A stretch of DNA of 64,000 nt from Eledone cirrhosa. Taxonomy: Eukaryota. A program made the position numbers and the translations under genes. The notes beneath the pieces were generated by a model that saw nothing but the letters and a program-made list of their open reading frames with translations, was not told the origin of the DNA and did no database searches. The stretch covers positions 12,276,001 through 12,340,000 of the forward strand of contig OZ024751.1 in the NCBI GenBank assembly GCA_964016885.1, in the 5' to 3' direction. Below are positions 1 through 13,190 of this stretch, one piece after another (within the stretch, counting starts at the first letter, position 1; every line of letters starts with the position of its first letter).

Positions 1-33
<33 letters not shown>

Positions 34-102
34 TATCTATATGTATATATTTATTTATATGTATATATTTGTGTATATATATATATACTTATATCTATAC
101 TA

Positions 103-158
<56 letters not shown>

Positions 159-165
159 ATACCAG

Positions 166-203
<38 letters not shown>

Positions 204-210
204 ATACCAG

Positions 211-269
<59 letters not shown>

Positions 270-286
270 TATATATATATATACCA

Positions 287-329
<43 letters not shown>

Positions 330-391
330 ATACCACCATATATATATATATATACCAGTATAATATATATATATATATATATACATACCAG

Positions 392-447
<56 letters not shown>

Positions 448-603
448 GAAAAGTATAGAAATGATTGTAGTGAAAGGCTAACAGTATTCCATAATATATA
501 AGTGACTATAGCGTCAAAATGGGAAAATAGTTAACATAATATATGGGAAAGATAATTCAAACTCAATTCAAAAAGAATCAGGATATAGATTTATCCAACA
601 GAA

Positions 604-685
<82 letters not shown>

Positions 686-740
686 AGTATATATATATAC
701 CAGTATAATAAAATATATATATATATATATATGTATATAA
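1..740. repeat. Compound (TA)n/(CT)n microsatellite with recurring ACCAGT interruptions and a short unique insert (446-600)
   Basis: Directly visible; ACCAGT recurs about 7 times inside (TA)n. Confidence 0.95.
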
Positions 741-741
741 A

Positions 742-1026
742 TAAGAAAGGAATTGTGGTAAGGTTCCAGATGGACCATAACGCACCAGAGTACTCAATAC
801 TTAGGGTAGTAGAGTGGGAAATAGGAAAAAGTATGACCCCGACGGCGGAGCTCAAGCCGTTTCGATGGCTATTTGTGGACTATTTCAGTCCAGAAATAGC
901 CGTCGAAACGGCTTGAGCTCCGCCGTCGGGGTCATACTTTTTCCTATTTCCCACTCTACTACCCTAAGTATTGAGTACTCTGGTGCGTTATGGTCTATCT
1001 GGTTCCTTACCACAATTCCTTTGTTA
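742..1026. mobile_element. 285-bp near-perfect palindromic element in (TA)n; probable PLE/retrozyme-like 3' end with a mirrored hammerhead half
   Basis: Arms 742-881 and 887-1026 are reverse complements with few mismatches around loop ATTTC. Related segments occur at 14451-14561, 16275-16346, 36818-37131 and 55921-56060. Confidence 0.8.
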
Positions 1027-1046
1027 TATATATATATATATATATA

Positions 1047-1404
1047 AAGTGTCCCCTAGGCATTCGCGGTCCAGGTTATATGCGGTATTTTCCTTACAAC
1101 CTGACTAATAATTGTTCCGGAAAGCCTCCGCATATTCGCCGAATCACAAATATCTTCCGTGATTTTATTACGGCTTTTGCGTGGCAATATATATTCTTTT
1201 AACACTAAATCATTAATAGCAATATACCATAGTTGCCAGCCTATTGGACGCCCCTTCGCATAAAACGCTACCTCTATTTTTTTATATTTTACGTTATATT
1301 TTAACGTTGGTAATGATTTTTATGGAACCTGTCTGATATTCGCGGTTTTCACCTTTCGCGAGTGTTCTAGGCAGGTGACTTCCGAAAATATCCGAGACCC
1401 TCAG
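1047..1404. mobile_element. Possible decayed Tigger/pogo-like non-autonomous DNA transposon
   Basis: ATTCGCGG motifs near both ends and a terminal AATATCCGAGACCC resemble degenerate Tigger-type terminal repeats; it starts at a TA tract. Resemblance from memory only. Confidence 0.3.
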
Positions 1405-1516
1405 AAGACAACTGATGAGGAAAACTCCCTCCTCGCGTTCTTGCTTTCTTCTTATTCTCATTCCATTTTAAACCTAACTTAACTAGCAACTTCACAGCCA
1501 TTCTGTTCTCCATATA

Positions 1517-1573
<57 letters not shown>

Positions 1574-1578
<5 letters not shown>

Positions 1579-1697
1579 GGAAGCAGGAAATTGCTTATTG
1601 TGATCCAGTTCGTGGTTAAGAAAGCCAGTTTCATGGATGAAATCATGGAACCTGGATAAAATCCTTTTCTTAATGCTTACCTGTGTTTTCTCTTTTA

Positions 1698-1779
<82 letters not shown>

Positions 1780-1882
1780 TAAAAGCTAAAACACAGGTAA
1801 GCATTAAGAAAAGGATTTTATCCAGGTTCCAGGACTTTCTCCATGAACTGGATCACAATAACCAATTTCCTGCTTCCCTAAC
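1574..1882. repeat. Inverted pair of ~110-125 bp repeat units flanking a (TA)n tract
   Basis: 1574-1700 and 1777-1882 are reverse complements (GTTAGGGAAGCAGGAAATTG...CCTGGATAAAATCCTTTTCTTAATGCTTACCTGTG). A third partial copy lies at 56209-56250. Confidence 0.85.
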
Positions 1883-2916
1883 TATATACTTTTCTTCTTG
1901 TTCTGTTTTCTGCGTATATATATGTCTGTATCAAAGTTTTTGTTTTACTGCTTGCTCAAAGATTTAACATACATCACTGTAGCATGAAAACCACAGAACT
2001 CTGCCCTTATTTACTTGGCTTACTATCACTGTGTCCTCGCAGTTCTTTAAACTGTTCTTTAGTTCACCGTACCCAGCTTGGCCTATGACTGGTATTTATG
2101 GAACAATATATTGCACTTCCAAGTTTGATAGAATAAAATACCAGTCATGAACTCGCAGTGATGTAATGAACTTCTCCTTCTGCCAAATTACTGGCCTTGT
2201 ACATTTAAGTTCGAAAGAATTATTGTGGTTTTAAATATATATTCTTACCAACCCACATCTCCACAACCTACCACTCTACCACTCTACTACTAACTACCTC
2301 GGCCACCCCTCTTACTAACAATGCACCCCCTCACCCTATGTCTTCTACCCCATACCCACCTTATCATTCTCCGTTTTTTTCCCTCTCACTCCTTTGATGT
2401 CAGTTCGCTTAATTACTAATTGTTATTGTAGGCAGAGATATATTGTCTCTTCTTCTTCTTCTTCTTCTTCTTCTTCTTCTTCTTCTTCTTCTTCTTCTTC
2501 TTCTCTCTTAATTTTGTCTCTTCTCTATCATTCTCAATCTTCTCTGCTCTCATATATATTTCTCCCAACTCCCTCACACTCTCCTGCTCTCCCTCTCCCT
2601 CCTTCGCTCTCTCTCTTTCTCCTTCTGTCTCTTTTTTCTCCTCTATCATCATATTGTTTTATTTCCCCTGTCTCTTTATTGTCTTTGAATGTCTTTCTTC
2701 CATCACACTCTCCTCCACTATATAGCTATTAGCTATTATCTCTATTACTATCATAAGTGAGGTCTTGTGTCTCTATTTAAATATATTATCTTCATATCAT
2801 TGTTTTCTACCACCTCTCTCTCTCTTTCTCTCGCTTTCTCTCTCTTTCTCTCTCCCAATCTCGATTTCTGCTTTCATATCTTTTATGTATTATCTATATT
2901 TCTTTGTCTCTCATGT

Positions 2917-2963
<47 letters not shown>

Positions 2964-3319
2964 CATTTATATATCTAGCTATATATGTATCTATTTGTGT
3001 CTAACTATCTATCTATCTATTTATGTATCAATCTACATGTCTGTCTATCTATCTATCAGTCTATTTATCAATGTATATATCTATCTATCTACATCACACT
3101 ATCAGTTTATTTATCTATCTTTCTATTTATCTATCTATCACTCTATCGATTCATCTATCTAATTATCTCTGTCTATCCAGGGGTTTATTTACTTATCTAA
3201 TCTATATATCTCTTACACTTTCTTACTTTATCCTACTTATTAATCTTTTCTTCGTTATCTCTATCTCTTTGTCTTCCACATCATTCTGCCCCTCTCTATC
3301 TTTTGTACTTATAATTATA

Positions 3320-3465
3320 GGAAGTAAGGTGGCAGAGTTGTTAGAGTGCCAGGTGAAATATTTCGCAATATGTTCCAATACTCGTCACTCATAGTTCAAA
3401 TTCCCTTCGGATCAACTTTACTTTTCATCCTTTTGAATACGATAAATAAAGTATCTGTTCAGGAT
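3320..3465 (+). mobile_element. Degenerate tRNA-derived SINE (family 1)
   Basis: TGGCAGAGTTGTTAGAG A-box-like motif, GTTCAAATTCC B-box and CTTTTCATCC...GATAAATAAAGTA core. Confidence 0.6.
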
Positions 3466-3587
3466 CGATGGAATTATTTAAGAATCGAACGTGAAGCTTT
3501 GTAGTATCTCATCCGTCATAATATGGTTTTACTTCAAATCACGCCTCATTCTGCAAAGAATTGCAACCGGCGTATAATAACAGCATA

Positions 3588-3830
3588 GGCGGCGAATTGG
3601 CAGAGTCGTGAGAACGTCAGATAGAATGGCAGAGTCGTTAGACCGTCAGATAGAATGGCAGAGTCGTTAGAACGTCAGATAGAATGGCAGAGTCATTAGA
3701 ACGTCAGATAGAATGCTTTATGGTATTTGTGCCGACTCTCTGCTCTCTGAGTTCAAATCCCGCCGAGGTCAACTTTGCCTTTCATCATTTCGAGGTCGAT
3801 AAAAAAAGAACCAGCCTAATACTGGGTCGA
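3588..3830 (+). mobile_element. tRNA-derived SINE (family 1) with a 4x tandem 29-bp head
   Basis: GGCAGAGTCGTTAGAACGTCAGATAGAAT x4 at 3599-3714, then the core GAGTTCAAATCCCGCCGAGGTCAACTTTGCCTTTCATC. Confidence 0.85.
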
Positions 3831-4032
3831 TTCTTTCTCTATATCTCTTACTCATTTCCTCTCCCTCACTTTCTGTCTTTCTCTGGAAGAAATCTGCTGT
3901 ATTCAGGCCTGGAGAAGGATGGGCTCCGCCAAGCTTAAAATCCCCCCCCCCCCCCCCAAACGCCATATGTGAATACGGCGCCCCTACGACTCTATTAGGA
4001 GTTACTGAACCATACAATACAATACAAAATAT

Positions 4033-4195
4033 AATTATTTATACTTTTGGCACCAGGCCAGCAATTATCCCGGTGTATTACTGGTACTTTATTTTATCGA
4101 CCCCGTAAGAATGAAAAGCCAAGTTAACCTCGGCGGGATTTGAACTCAGATCATAAAGGGCCGTAACTCTATGCTACAAAGCACGGCGTCCGAAC
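4033..4195 (-). mobile_element. tRNA-derived SINE (family 1)
   Basis: Reverse complement of the window consensus (GGTACTTTATTTTATCGACCCCG...CGGCGGGATTTGAACTCAG). Confidence 0.9.
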
Positions 4196-5832
4196 AGCTA
4201 CTTTCCTTTGTTTTACACATTCTTTCTCAGTGCATACTCTCTCTTGATTCTTGTATAATTCTTGGCTATTGTCTTTATCACTTTTTCTCACATCTCTTTC
4301 TGTAAATTTACATTTGTGCCCACATTTAAAAAAGGGTGGTAACTCAGGTCGTTTTGATTTGTTTCTTCAGAATTCGTACATGCTGTTTTCCTCGGTCGTA
4401 AAAATGATAGAAAGATAAATTACAACTGAAAAGTTGGGGTAAAAACATCAGAAAGATTTCACTTAGGTAACTTAGGCGAGCCATTCAGAAAGCTTCGCGA
4501 ACGCATGCGGCCCGCGGCCCGCAGGTTGCCCATGATTGCTATATATCTACCCTTCTTTCCTCCTTCTAGCGACTCCACTAAAAAGCTATCACACCATATG
4601 TTTAGCATAGCGTAATCGTTAGAATGGTGAACCGCTATATCACAAATGTGGGTTCAAATCCCACGAGCGGTGCTGTACAATTTCTTTATAGGCCAAACTC
4701 TAGGGTTTCTAGGCCAAACTAACTTTCATGAAAAAAATAGTTGAAGCTTCTAACATACAAATTCAAAATTAAATAAAATTTGCACATGTGCTAGAATGAA
4801 CGGGTGGTGCATAGTTAGACATCACAGCGTGGTACATTGGCAAACCACAGGTAGTAATCCTCACTTTTGCTTCGTACGTGATAATTAGAATTGTTTACTG
4901 TTTGATAAATAATTCTAATTATGAGGTACTCCAGGAGGTCTCACATAATTGTCCACTCCACTTATTTTCAGATTTTTTCCAAGCACCCGCCCACTTATAA
5001 ACTTTTTCTAATCTATCTGTGACGAACGTTTTTTTATTCATTAAACAACATTACATAGAACCAGAAAAGTACATTATTAGAAATTCCATACATCATAAAA
5101 TAAATAGGATGGGCTGGTGTCTCAATATGTAAACTAAACGACTAAATCTGGATATAGAAACAATTCATGGAGACAACCTAGAAAAATTAACGATTTCGAC
5201 CACTTCCCGCTTATTCCAATACCCACAGTTTATTCCAAACCTCCTTTTTGTTGGAACCCAAAGGAAGGAGGCCAACATACCACTCTGTTAGATCGAACAT
5301 TGCAGCACACATGTAGATTTTGTTGATCGTAAAAGTTCGACGCCTCAACGCTTTTTTTTTTTTTTTTTTTTTGCTGTAAGAAATAGTATAACATATAAAC
5401 ACTAAAGAGAGGAAAACATGTGAACAGCGCCGCTCGCAGGACTCGAACTCTCAATTGCAATATACAGTATAACCTTGCTAATTATTACATTAATTTTAGG
5501 AATGTATTTAGTGCAAGGAAAATGTACGAGCGAGCTTAAACTGTTTAATTTCCATTCAACCACCGAAACAGTGTAAAATTGACTGTACGGTAGAGAGGGG
5601 GGCGGGGGTGCAATCCTGCCCACGGCACTAAGTGGTTTCGGTTTGTGTGTTCAGCGAGCCTTTTCAATGTTGTAGTAATATTTGTGGGGTGTGTAAAAAT
5701 ACGTTTCTAATCTTGGTAGGGATTGGTCAAACTTATCTCTATACCCACTCTGCATCTCCCCATGCATTGGAGTCTCCCCGGTTTCACCATCACGGATTCT
5801 CTCTCTTTCTCTCTACCTCTCTCTATCTATCT

Positions 5833-5889
<57 letters not shown>

Positions 5890-5947
5890 TTATCTCTCTC
5901 TTTATATATATATATATATGATCGTGTGTAAGTGTTATTGATGACAG

Positions 5948-6046
5948 ACTCCTGAGGATACGGAGGTTCTCGCCTGTCTTTCCAGAGGGTCATCACAAAA
6001 GCGTTTATCTGATGACCCTGTAAACACACAGGCGAAACTTCAGAGT
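5948..6046 (+). ncRNA. Degenerate hammerhead-like motif with an upstream mirror copy
   Basis: CTGATGA 6009-6015, stem II CCTGT/ACAGG, then GAAACTTC and a downstream AATAAA; 5963-5995 is an imperfect inverted copy of 6010-6041. Confidence 0.4.
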
Positions 6047-6120
6047 AATACGATTCTCATTTGGCTTTAATAAAATAAATCTCTACTATGGTATTGAGGA
6101 CTCGTTCCATGACCGTGTAT

Positions 6121-6173
<53 letters not shown>

Positions 6174-6377
6174 AGTATTTAATGCACCATGCATAGTTTG
6201 CCCTCCCTCTCTATCGCCACTCGGCTCTCACTTTATCTCCTATCAATGTCGGTCAAGACCCTATTTTACTCTCTATCTCTCTTGCTCTGTGCGTCTTTCA
6301 CTCACTCTCTCTCTCTCGCTTTTTCTCTCTCACTCTCTCTCTCTTTCTGTCTCTCCCACATACACATACACACACAC

Positions 6378-6426
<49 letters not shown>

Positions 6427-7036
6427 CTCTTCTCTCCTTCACACATACATACGCAGTAAGACAGACACACACATACACAGAAACATAACCACACACACCC
6501 AAACACATACAACCACACGGCAAAAACATCCACTCGCCCACAAACACGTTCTCTTCTCGCCCCTCTCTCTCTCTCTCTCAATCTCTCTTTCTATCTCTCT
6601 CTCTTTCTCCCCTATGACCACGTCTCCCTCTTGCTCTCTCTCTCATACTCTCTCTCTCTATATATATATATATATATCCACGTCTCACTATATCTCTAAG
6701 TCTCTATCTCTCTCATTTTCCCTCAGTACATTCCATACTCTATCGTTACATCTACACCCTTCTCTCTCCACTTCAGCTCGTGTCTAACCTCTAACCCTCT
6801 CCTCCGAAAAAAATGTTATCTAACCTTTCACCTCTATTGTTTTCCTTTCATCTACTTGTTTCCTTTCATCTGACAAACGCTCTGGTCACTTTTATTTATT
6901 TACTTACATATTATTAGACGTCTACCTCACATCTATGATTACCACCACCGTCTTTCCTCTCTCTCTCTCTCCCCCTCTCTCTCTCTCTCTCCCCCTCTCT
7001 CTCTCTCTCTCTCTCCCTCTCACTCTCTCTCTCTCT

Positions 7037-7070
<34 letters not shown>

Positions 7071-7076
7071 ATATAC

Positions 7077-7115
<39 letters not shown>

Positions 7116-7495
7116 CCTGACTGTGTAGTGAGTGAGTAGTGTATATAGTATGTATGTATATATATAGTATAGTAGCTTGAGCTGTATATATATATGTATG
7201 TATGTAGTGTATATGATATATACAGTATATATGCATAGATGTGTGTATAGTGTGTGTGTATATATATACACACATACATATATAGTGAGTAGTAGTGAGT
7301 ACAGGTGTGTGTGTGTGTGATGGTATGTGTGTGTGTGTAGTGTGAGTGTGTGTGTGTGTGTATATACTGTCTATTTGTATGGTATGTAGTGTGTGTGTAA
7401 GTAGAGTGTGTGTGTGTGTGTATATATATACATATAGTGTATCTACTCTCACTCATCACGACACACAAACACACACACACACGGACACACACACA

Positions 7496-7536
<41 letters not shown>

Positions 7537-7793
7537 CACACACACACACTCACACACACACACTAACACCCACACACACCCACACTACTACTACACTATA
7601 TATATACACACTACACCCACACACACCCCCACTCACACCCACATATATACCACACACACACACTACACACCACATATATACCTACTCTATACACTACTAT
7701 ACTCATACATATACCTATACACCCCCCACACTACACTATACCTACACACACACTACTATCTCTCACATACTATATATACATATATACACACAC

Positions 7794-7871
<78 letters not shown>

Positions 7872-8071
7872 TAGAGTACCTAAAATATATATATATATAT
7901 ATCTTTTAGGTACTCCCTCTGTTTCTCACCGCTACTCATTCTGATAATCTTTCACCATTTCTAGTATATTCTATCCTTTCCTAACTATTTAATTGACAAT
8001 GACTTTAATGTCTCACCTTGTTGTTTACTCAAATTCATTATAGTATATATCTTCATTATAGTATATATATA

Positions 8072-8256
8072 GGTGGATTGGCAGTATCGGTAGAGGGTCG
8101 GACGCCATGCTTTGCAGCAAAGAGTTACGGCCCTTGATGGTCTGAGTTCAATTCCCGCCGAAGTTAACTTTGCCTTTCATCCTTACGGGGTCGATAAAAT
8201 AAAGTATCAGTAATACACTGGTAATTGTTGGCCTTGTGCCTAACATAGAAACAATT
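8072..8256 (+). mobile_element. tRNA-derived SINE (family 1), near full length, with probable target-site duplication
   Basis: Matches the consensus; ATTATAGTATATAT on both flanks (8055-8068, 8254-8267). Confidence 0.9.
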
Positions 8257-8594
8257 ATAGTATATATCTGTGTGTATGTGTCACACACACATATATATAT
8301 ATAAGTATATTCATGCGCTCAAACATGCACACACACATATATATATGTATCACACATCAGATTTTCTTTGCTTTTATATGTGTATATATGGATGAACATC
8401 GTTATGTATGTATATAGATATGCTATGAGGCTGGTTGAGTTCTTCGTTTTGGCGCGAATTGCTTTGTTTGAATTCAACTACCAAAATCACGTGTTATGGT
8501 CTGCGATAAATTGTTCCTCTTTTTATTAGAGGCGGAGTGGGGGACTGCCGTGAACTGCACAAATATCTAGAACGTATCGTATAATGTTGGGCAA

Positions 8595-8720
8595 TTCTTG
8601 CTGAAGAGTGTAATAGCCCGATTACGTAAATATCCGCTGATTTTACATGATTTTCTGAACATTGCAGAAATAAAATCTGCATTTGTAAAGTTATATTACA
8701 CGGAAACGATCGTCCGGGAG
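8595..8720 (+). ncRNA. Type I hammerhead-like motif with extended stem II
   Basis: Stem I TTCTTG/CGGGAG, CTGAAGA 8601-8607, stem II GTGTAATA/TATTACAC, an extra G, GAAA 8703-8706, palindromic stem III ACGATCGT, GUC site. Confidence 0.65.
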
Positions 8721-8886
8721 AGAGATATGTACACCAAACTCTAACTATACACAGCCAACCGTCTACAGTAAACTAAATGTGTCCATTCTGAATAATTGAT
8801 TGCAGCTGCATAATTGCAATTCGCCAGACTCATTGAGTGAGCTAGACGATGGTCGGAGGGCGCTGTATTTATACCAGCGATCTTCG

Positions 8887-9015
<129 letters not shown>

Positions 9016-9035
9016 ATATGTATGTATGTATGTAT

Positions 9036-9525
9036 GTCATGACACCAGTTGGTGCTACTGGTAACATGTATCCCAGTACAACCTGTCTCATGGTCAGGTC
9101 GTTGGCGACTAAACTGGCAACCCCACCAAGGTTTCTTGGTGAGGAGGGTGACTTTGGATATCCTGCAGGACTAAAAACAAAACATGTCAAAGGGCAGAGG
9201 AGCTCTTAAGGGTCAATGGCCATCCAAAATCACCGGGAGAGATGACCCCTTAGCCTTTGTCAAGGCAGAATTCTAGGAGAAGGAAAACTCTGATATAACA
9301 CCTGCAACCCTGATGGTATCCAATGATGTTGACTTGTTCTTCTTTTTGGTAAATGTTATCTTGGTTAAGAGAGTGGACGGGCTTTGTGCAGTGCCTTTGC
9401 TCACTATAAAAGCTTCACGGCACAGGCATTGCTTTATATCTGGAGATCTCTCTGCACTTGTCATCACATGGTACCATGGGCCCTGCATTATGTGTCAATA
9501 ATGGTCACAAGTGTAGTCTTTGTAC
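9036..9525 (+). mobile_element. Possible 5' UTR fragment of an RTE-clade LINE
   Basis: CTAGGAGAAGGAAAACTCTGA near 9273 resembles a motif I recall from RTE-type 5' UTRs; no ORF support. Confidence 0.35.
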
Positions 9526-9725
9526 NNNNNNNNNNNNNNNNNNNNNNNNNNNNNNNNNNNNNNNNNNNNNNNNNNNNNNNNNNNNNNNNNNNNNNNNNNN
9601 NNNNNNNNNNNNNNNNNNNNNNNNNNNNNNNNNNNNNNNNNNNNNNNNNNNNNNNNNNNNNNNNNNNNNNNNNNNNNNNNNNNNNNNNNNNNNNNNNNNN
9701 NNNNNNNNNNNNNNNNNNNNNNNNN
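9526..9725. other. Assembly gap (200 N)
   Basis: Run of N. Confidence 1.
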
Positions 9726-10160
9726 AGTCCAGTCAGCTGGCAAAAACACTTGTTATTTAGTGAATTTGCCAAGTCACTTATTGTGTCAGACTGAACCCCA
9801 CTGAGAAGTTCGTTAATTGTGTGTTTACGTGTGTGTAGAATGCTTGGCCACGTACACGGCAATTTCAAGTGCAGGCAGTCTGTTGATTGATTTAACTGAA
9901 AAATGTGTTGTTGGAAACCACAGAGGTTCAACGCAGGACAGGTCGATGTCATTCTAGGTATTAGAATGAAAACGAGGCTTATTGACAAAGCCAACAGAAC
10001 GTAGGATAGAATGATTTGAGGAAGCTTTTTCTAACTTCTACAGTTCCAAGTTCAAAACCCACCGATATTAATTTTGCCATAAATGCTTTCGAAGCCAGCA
10101 CATAATGTGCCTGCTCAATACTGGAGTCAATGTTTGGCCTATATCGCTTTTTCCCTCACC

Positions 10161-10263
<103 letters not shown>

Positions 10264-10598
10264 TCGGTCTTATATACACTTTTACTCAATTTACTCAATT
10301 GCTATTGAAGTAATCAGTTGTGTTCCATTCTGAAAAGAAATGGATTCTATCAAGTTTAAATGATATAGACCTGCTCCTGTTACCAGTCATGTAGTGATGG
10401 TGATTGTACGTTTTACTTTCAGGTTGAACAAATTATCATTTTTGCGCATGTGCGGTTCAATTCCCGCAGGCATTGATGTCAAAATGGTTTTCTTCAGTCA
10501 GTCACTAATTACACCATCCGATTTATTCAACACTTTTATACTTAGTAAATACATTTTGGTACGTTTTCACTGTAAGACCAAATAGATTTTAAATTGTC

Positions 10599-10636
<38 letters not shown>

Positions 10637-11319
10637 ATATGTGTGTGTGTGTGTCTATGTCTTTTCTCTTTCTCCCCTTTCTCTCTCTCTCTCTCTTTAT
10701 ATATATATATATATATACACACACTATATATATAGAGAGAGAGAGGAGAGAGAAAAGAGATAGACAGATAGATTAAAACCATCTGCAGATTATACGGGTG
10801 GGTGACAGATTGATTGAAATGATTGTCAGTGAGTGTTGATAAAATATATTATAAAACAGATATTCGAAATGAAGTCCAAAGTTTTACGAGAGAGAAAATA
10901 GAGAAAGACTGGTCATTGGACTGTTAATGAAGACAGCAAGCAGCCAAGATGTTCATATGTATGAAAGTCTTGCAAGAATAAAGAATATTGTGACTGGGCT
11001 GGTTGAGGCACAGTACGATTGGGTCAACGCCTGGGTCACCCTGATTCAATATATATATGCGGCTCAGCTCCCTTCGGATTTATTTTTTTTGCCAGTGATA
11101 TAAAATATTCAAATCCCTTCTGGGATGTATCAAACCTTGGAAATGCGGGTTTACAGTCAGCGGGAGGGTGAAAAATGAAGTCTTAGTTTCTTCATCTTCT
11201 TCCCCCACTTATTCCTGAGACGGTCGTGGAAACAGGCCTCAAACACTCCCTCCAGCGTGTCCTGTCAGCAGCAACCATCTCCAAATGATTCGGCTGGAGT
11301 CTTAGTGAAAATTATATTT

Positions 11320-11393
<74 letters not shown>

Positions 11394-11398
11394 TGTGC

Positions 11399-11436
<38 letters not shown>

Positions 11437-12439
11437 AATAGAGAGAGAGAGAGAGAGAGAGAGATGGGGAGAGAGAAAGAAAGTAAGAAAATGAGTGTGC
11501 ATGTGTGTTTGTTTGTGCACGTGTGTGTCCATGTGTGGTTGAAAAGGTTATTCTGTGTATGTGAGAAAGATACCGTTTGTGTGTGTGTGTATGTGTATGT
11601 GTGTTTGCCTGGATCATAATGATATTGTATATATTAATGCGTGTGTGCGCTTGTGTGTGTGTGTACATGTATGGTTGCGAATGATATTCAATGAGTGGGG
11701 GAGAGATACCTTTCGTATAAGTGTGAACACTTCATGAAATTATATACATATGTATGTGTTTATAAGTGTGTATCTGTGTGTGTGTTTCTCGGTGTGTGAG
11801 AAAGTGTGTGTGTGTGTGTGTGTGTATGTAGGTGTACGTTCTTAGGCTGGTGCACGAATATATACCAGTGTTTATTTATGCACTGATATATATTCTTTTT
11901 GCACGGGTGTGTATTAGTGTGAATGAGTGAATTTATAGATATAGAAAGACGTAAACATACATTTACACTCAGACAAATAAACACAGACATATGGACACAT
12001 ATAAGTATATTTATGAACCATGAAATGTCCGTACAGAACCAGTAAAATATTTAACCGGCGTTGACCGAAATGTGTCTCTAAACACGTTCAAATTTATGTA
12101 TATAAACATATATTCTTTATGTATTTCTCTCGTTGACTGAAACAAATTAACAGCTTCATCCGAGTTACATTGGTCTTTGCTAGAACTATCCTCAGGAGCT
12201 AACTATATCTCTGAATATAGCAAGAGAAATACTTAACTAAAGGCTTTATGTATCCATGAAAGTAACAGTGAGGTATCTAACATGTAAAGATTGTGAAATA
12301 GGTAATCTGTCACGGAATTGAAAATATAGAAGTTTCTATATCGTCGTCGTCGCCTTTTTGTGGTTGCTTTTTTAAAAAGCTTTTGTTGTTTGATGTTGTT
12401 GCTATTCATGTTGTATCTTTTGTAGTTGTTAGTTGATGT

Positions 12440-13190
12440 GATGGCGGTAATGGTGGTTGTTGTTGTGGTAGTGGTGGTGGTGGTGGTGGTGGAAGCGACG
12501 GTGTTGTTGTTGTTGTTGTTGGTGGTGGCAGTGGTAGTGGTGGTAGTGGTGGTTGTGGTGGAAGCGACGGTGTTGTTGTTGGTGGTGGCAGTGGCAGTGG
12601 TAGTGGTGGTGGTGGTGGTGGTGGAAGCGACGGTGTTGTTGTTGTTGGTGGTGGCAGTGGTAGTGGTGGTGGTGGTGGTGGTGGAAGCGACGGTGTTGTT
12701 GTTGGTGGTGGTAGTGGTAGTGGTGGTGGTGGAAGCGACGGTGTTGTTGTTGTTGGTGGTGGTGGTGGTGGAAGCGACGGTGTTGTTGTTGGTGGTGGTG
12801 GCAGTGGTAGTGGTGGTGGTGGTGGTGGAAGCGACGGTGTTGTTGTTGGTGGTGGCAGTGGTAGTGGTAGTGGTGGTGGTGGTGGTGGAAGCGACGGTGT
12901 TGTTGTTGGTGGTGGCAGTGGTAGTGGTGGTGGTGGTGGTGGTGGTGGTGGCAGCGACGGTGTTGTTGTTGTTGGTGGTGGTGGTGGTGGCAGTGGTAGT
13001 GGTGGTGGTGATGGTTGTAGTGTGGGAGTGGTGGTCTCTTGTTGTTTGTAGTGGTGGTGAAGGTGTTGTTGTTTTTATAGTTGATAGTTGTGGTTTTGTT
13101 GTTGATTTTGGTGGTGGTGTTAGTGGTGGTGGTGGTGATGGTGGTGCTAGTGGTGGTGGTGCTAGTGGTGGTGGTGGTGGTGGTGTTTAG
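12440..13190. repeat. GT-rich minisatellite, unit ~40-60 bp anchored by GTGGAAGCGACGGTGTTG
   Basis: About 9 copies of the anchor with variable (GTG)/(TTG) tracts. Confidence 0.9.

Noticed and set aside
1405-1435. Hammerhead at CTGATGAGGAAAA
   Set aside because: No stem II, stem III or stem I pairing.
3599-3714. CRISPR-like 29-bp repeats
   Set aside because: The units are directly adjacent with no spacers; this is a eukaryotic SINE head.
4500-4542. hAT-like terminal fragment GCGGCCCGCGGCCCGCAGGTTGCCCA
   Set aside because: A single short end with no matching partner or target-site duplication identified.
4603-4670. tRNA gene (B-box GGTTCAAATCCC)
   Set aside because: I could not build a complete cloverleaf; probably a decayed SINE head.
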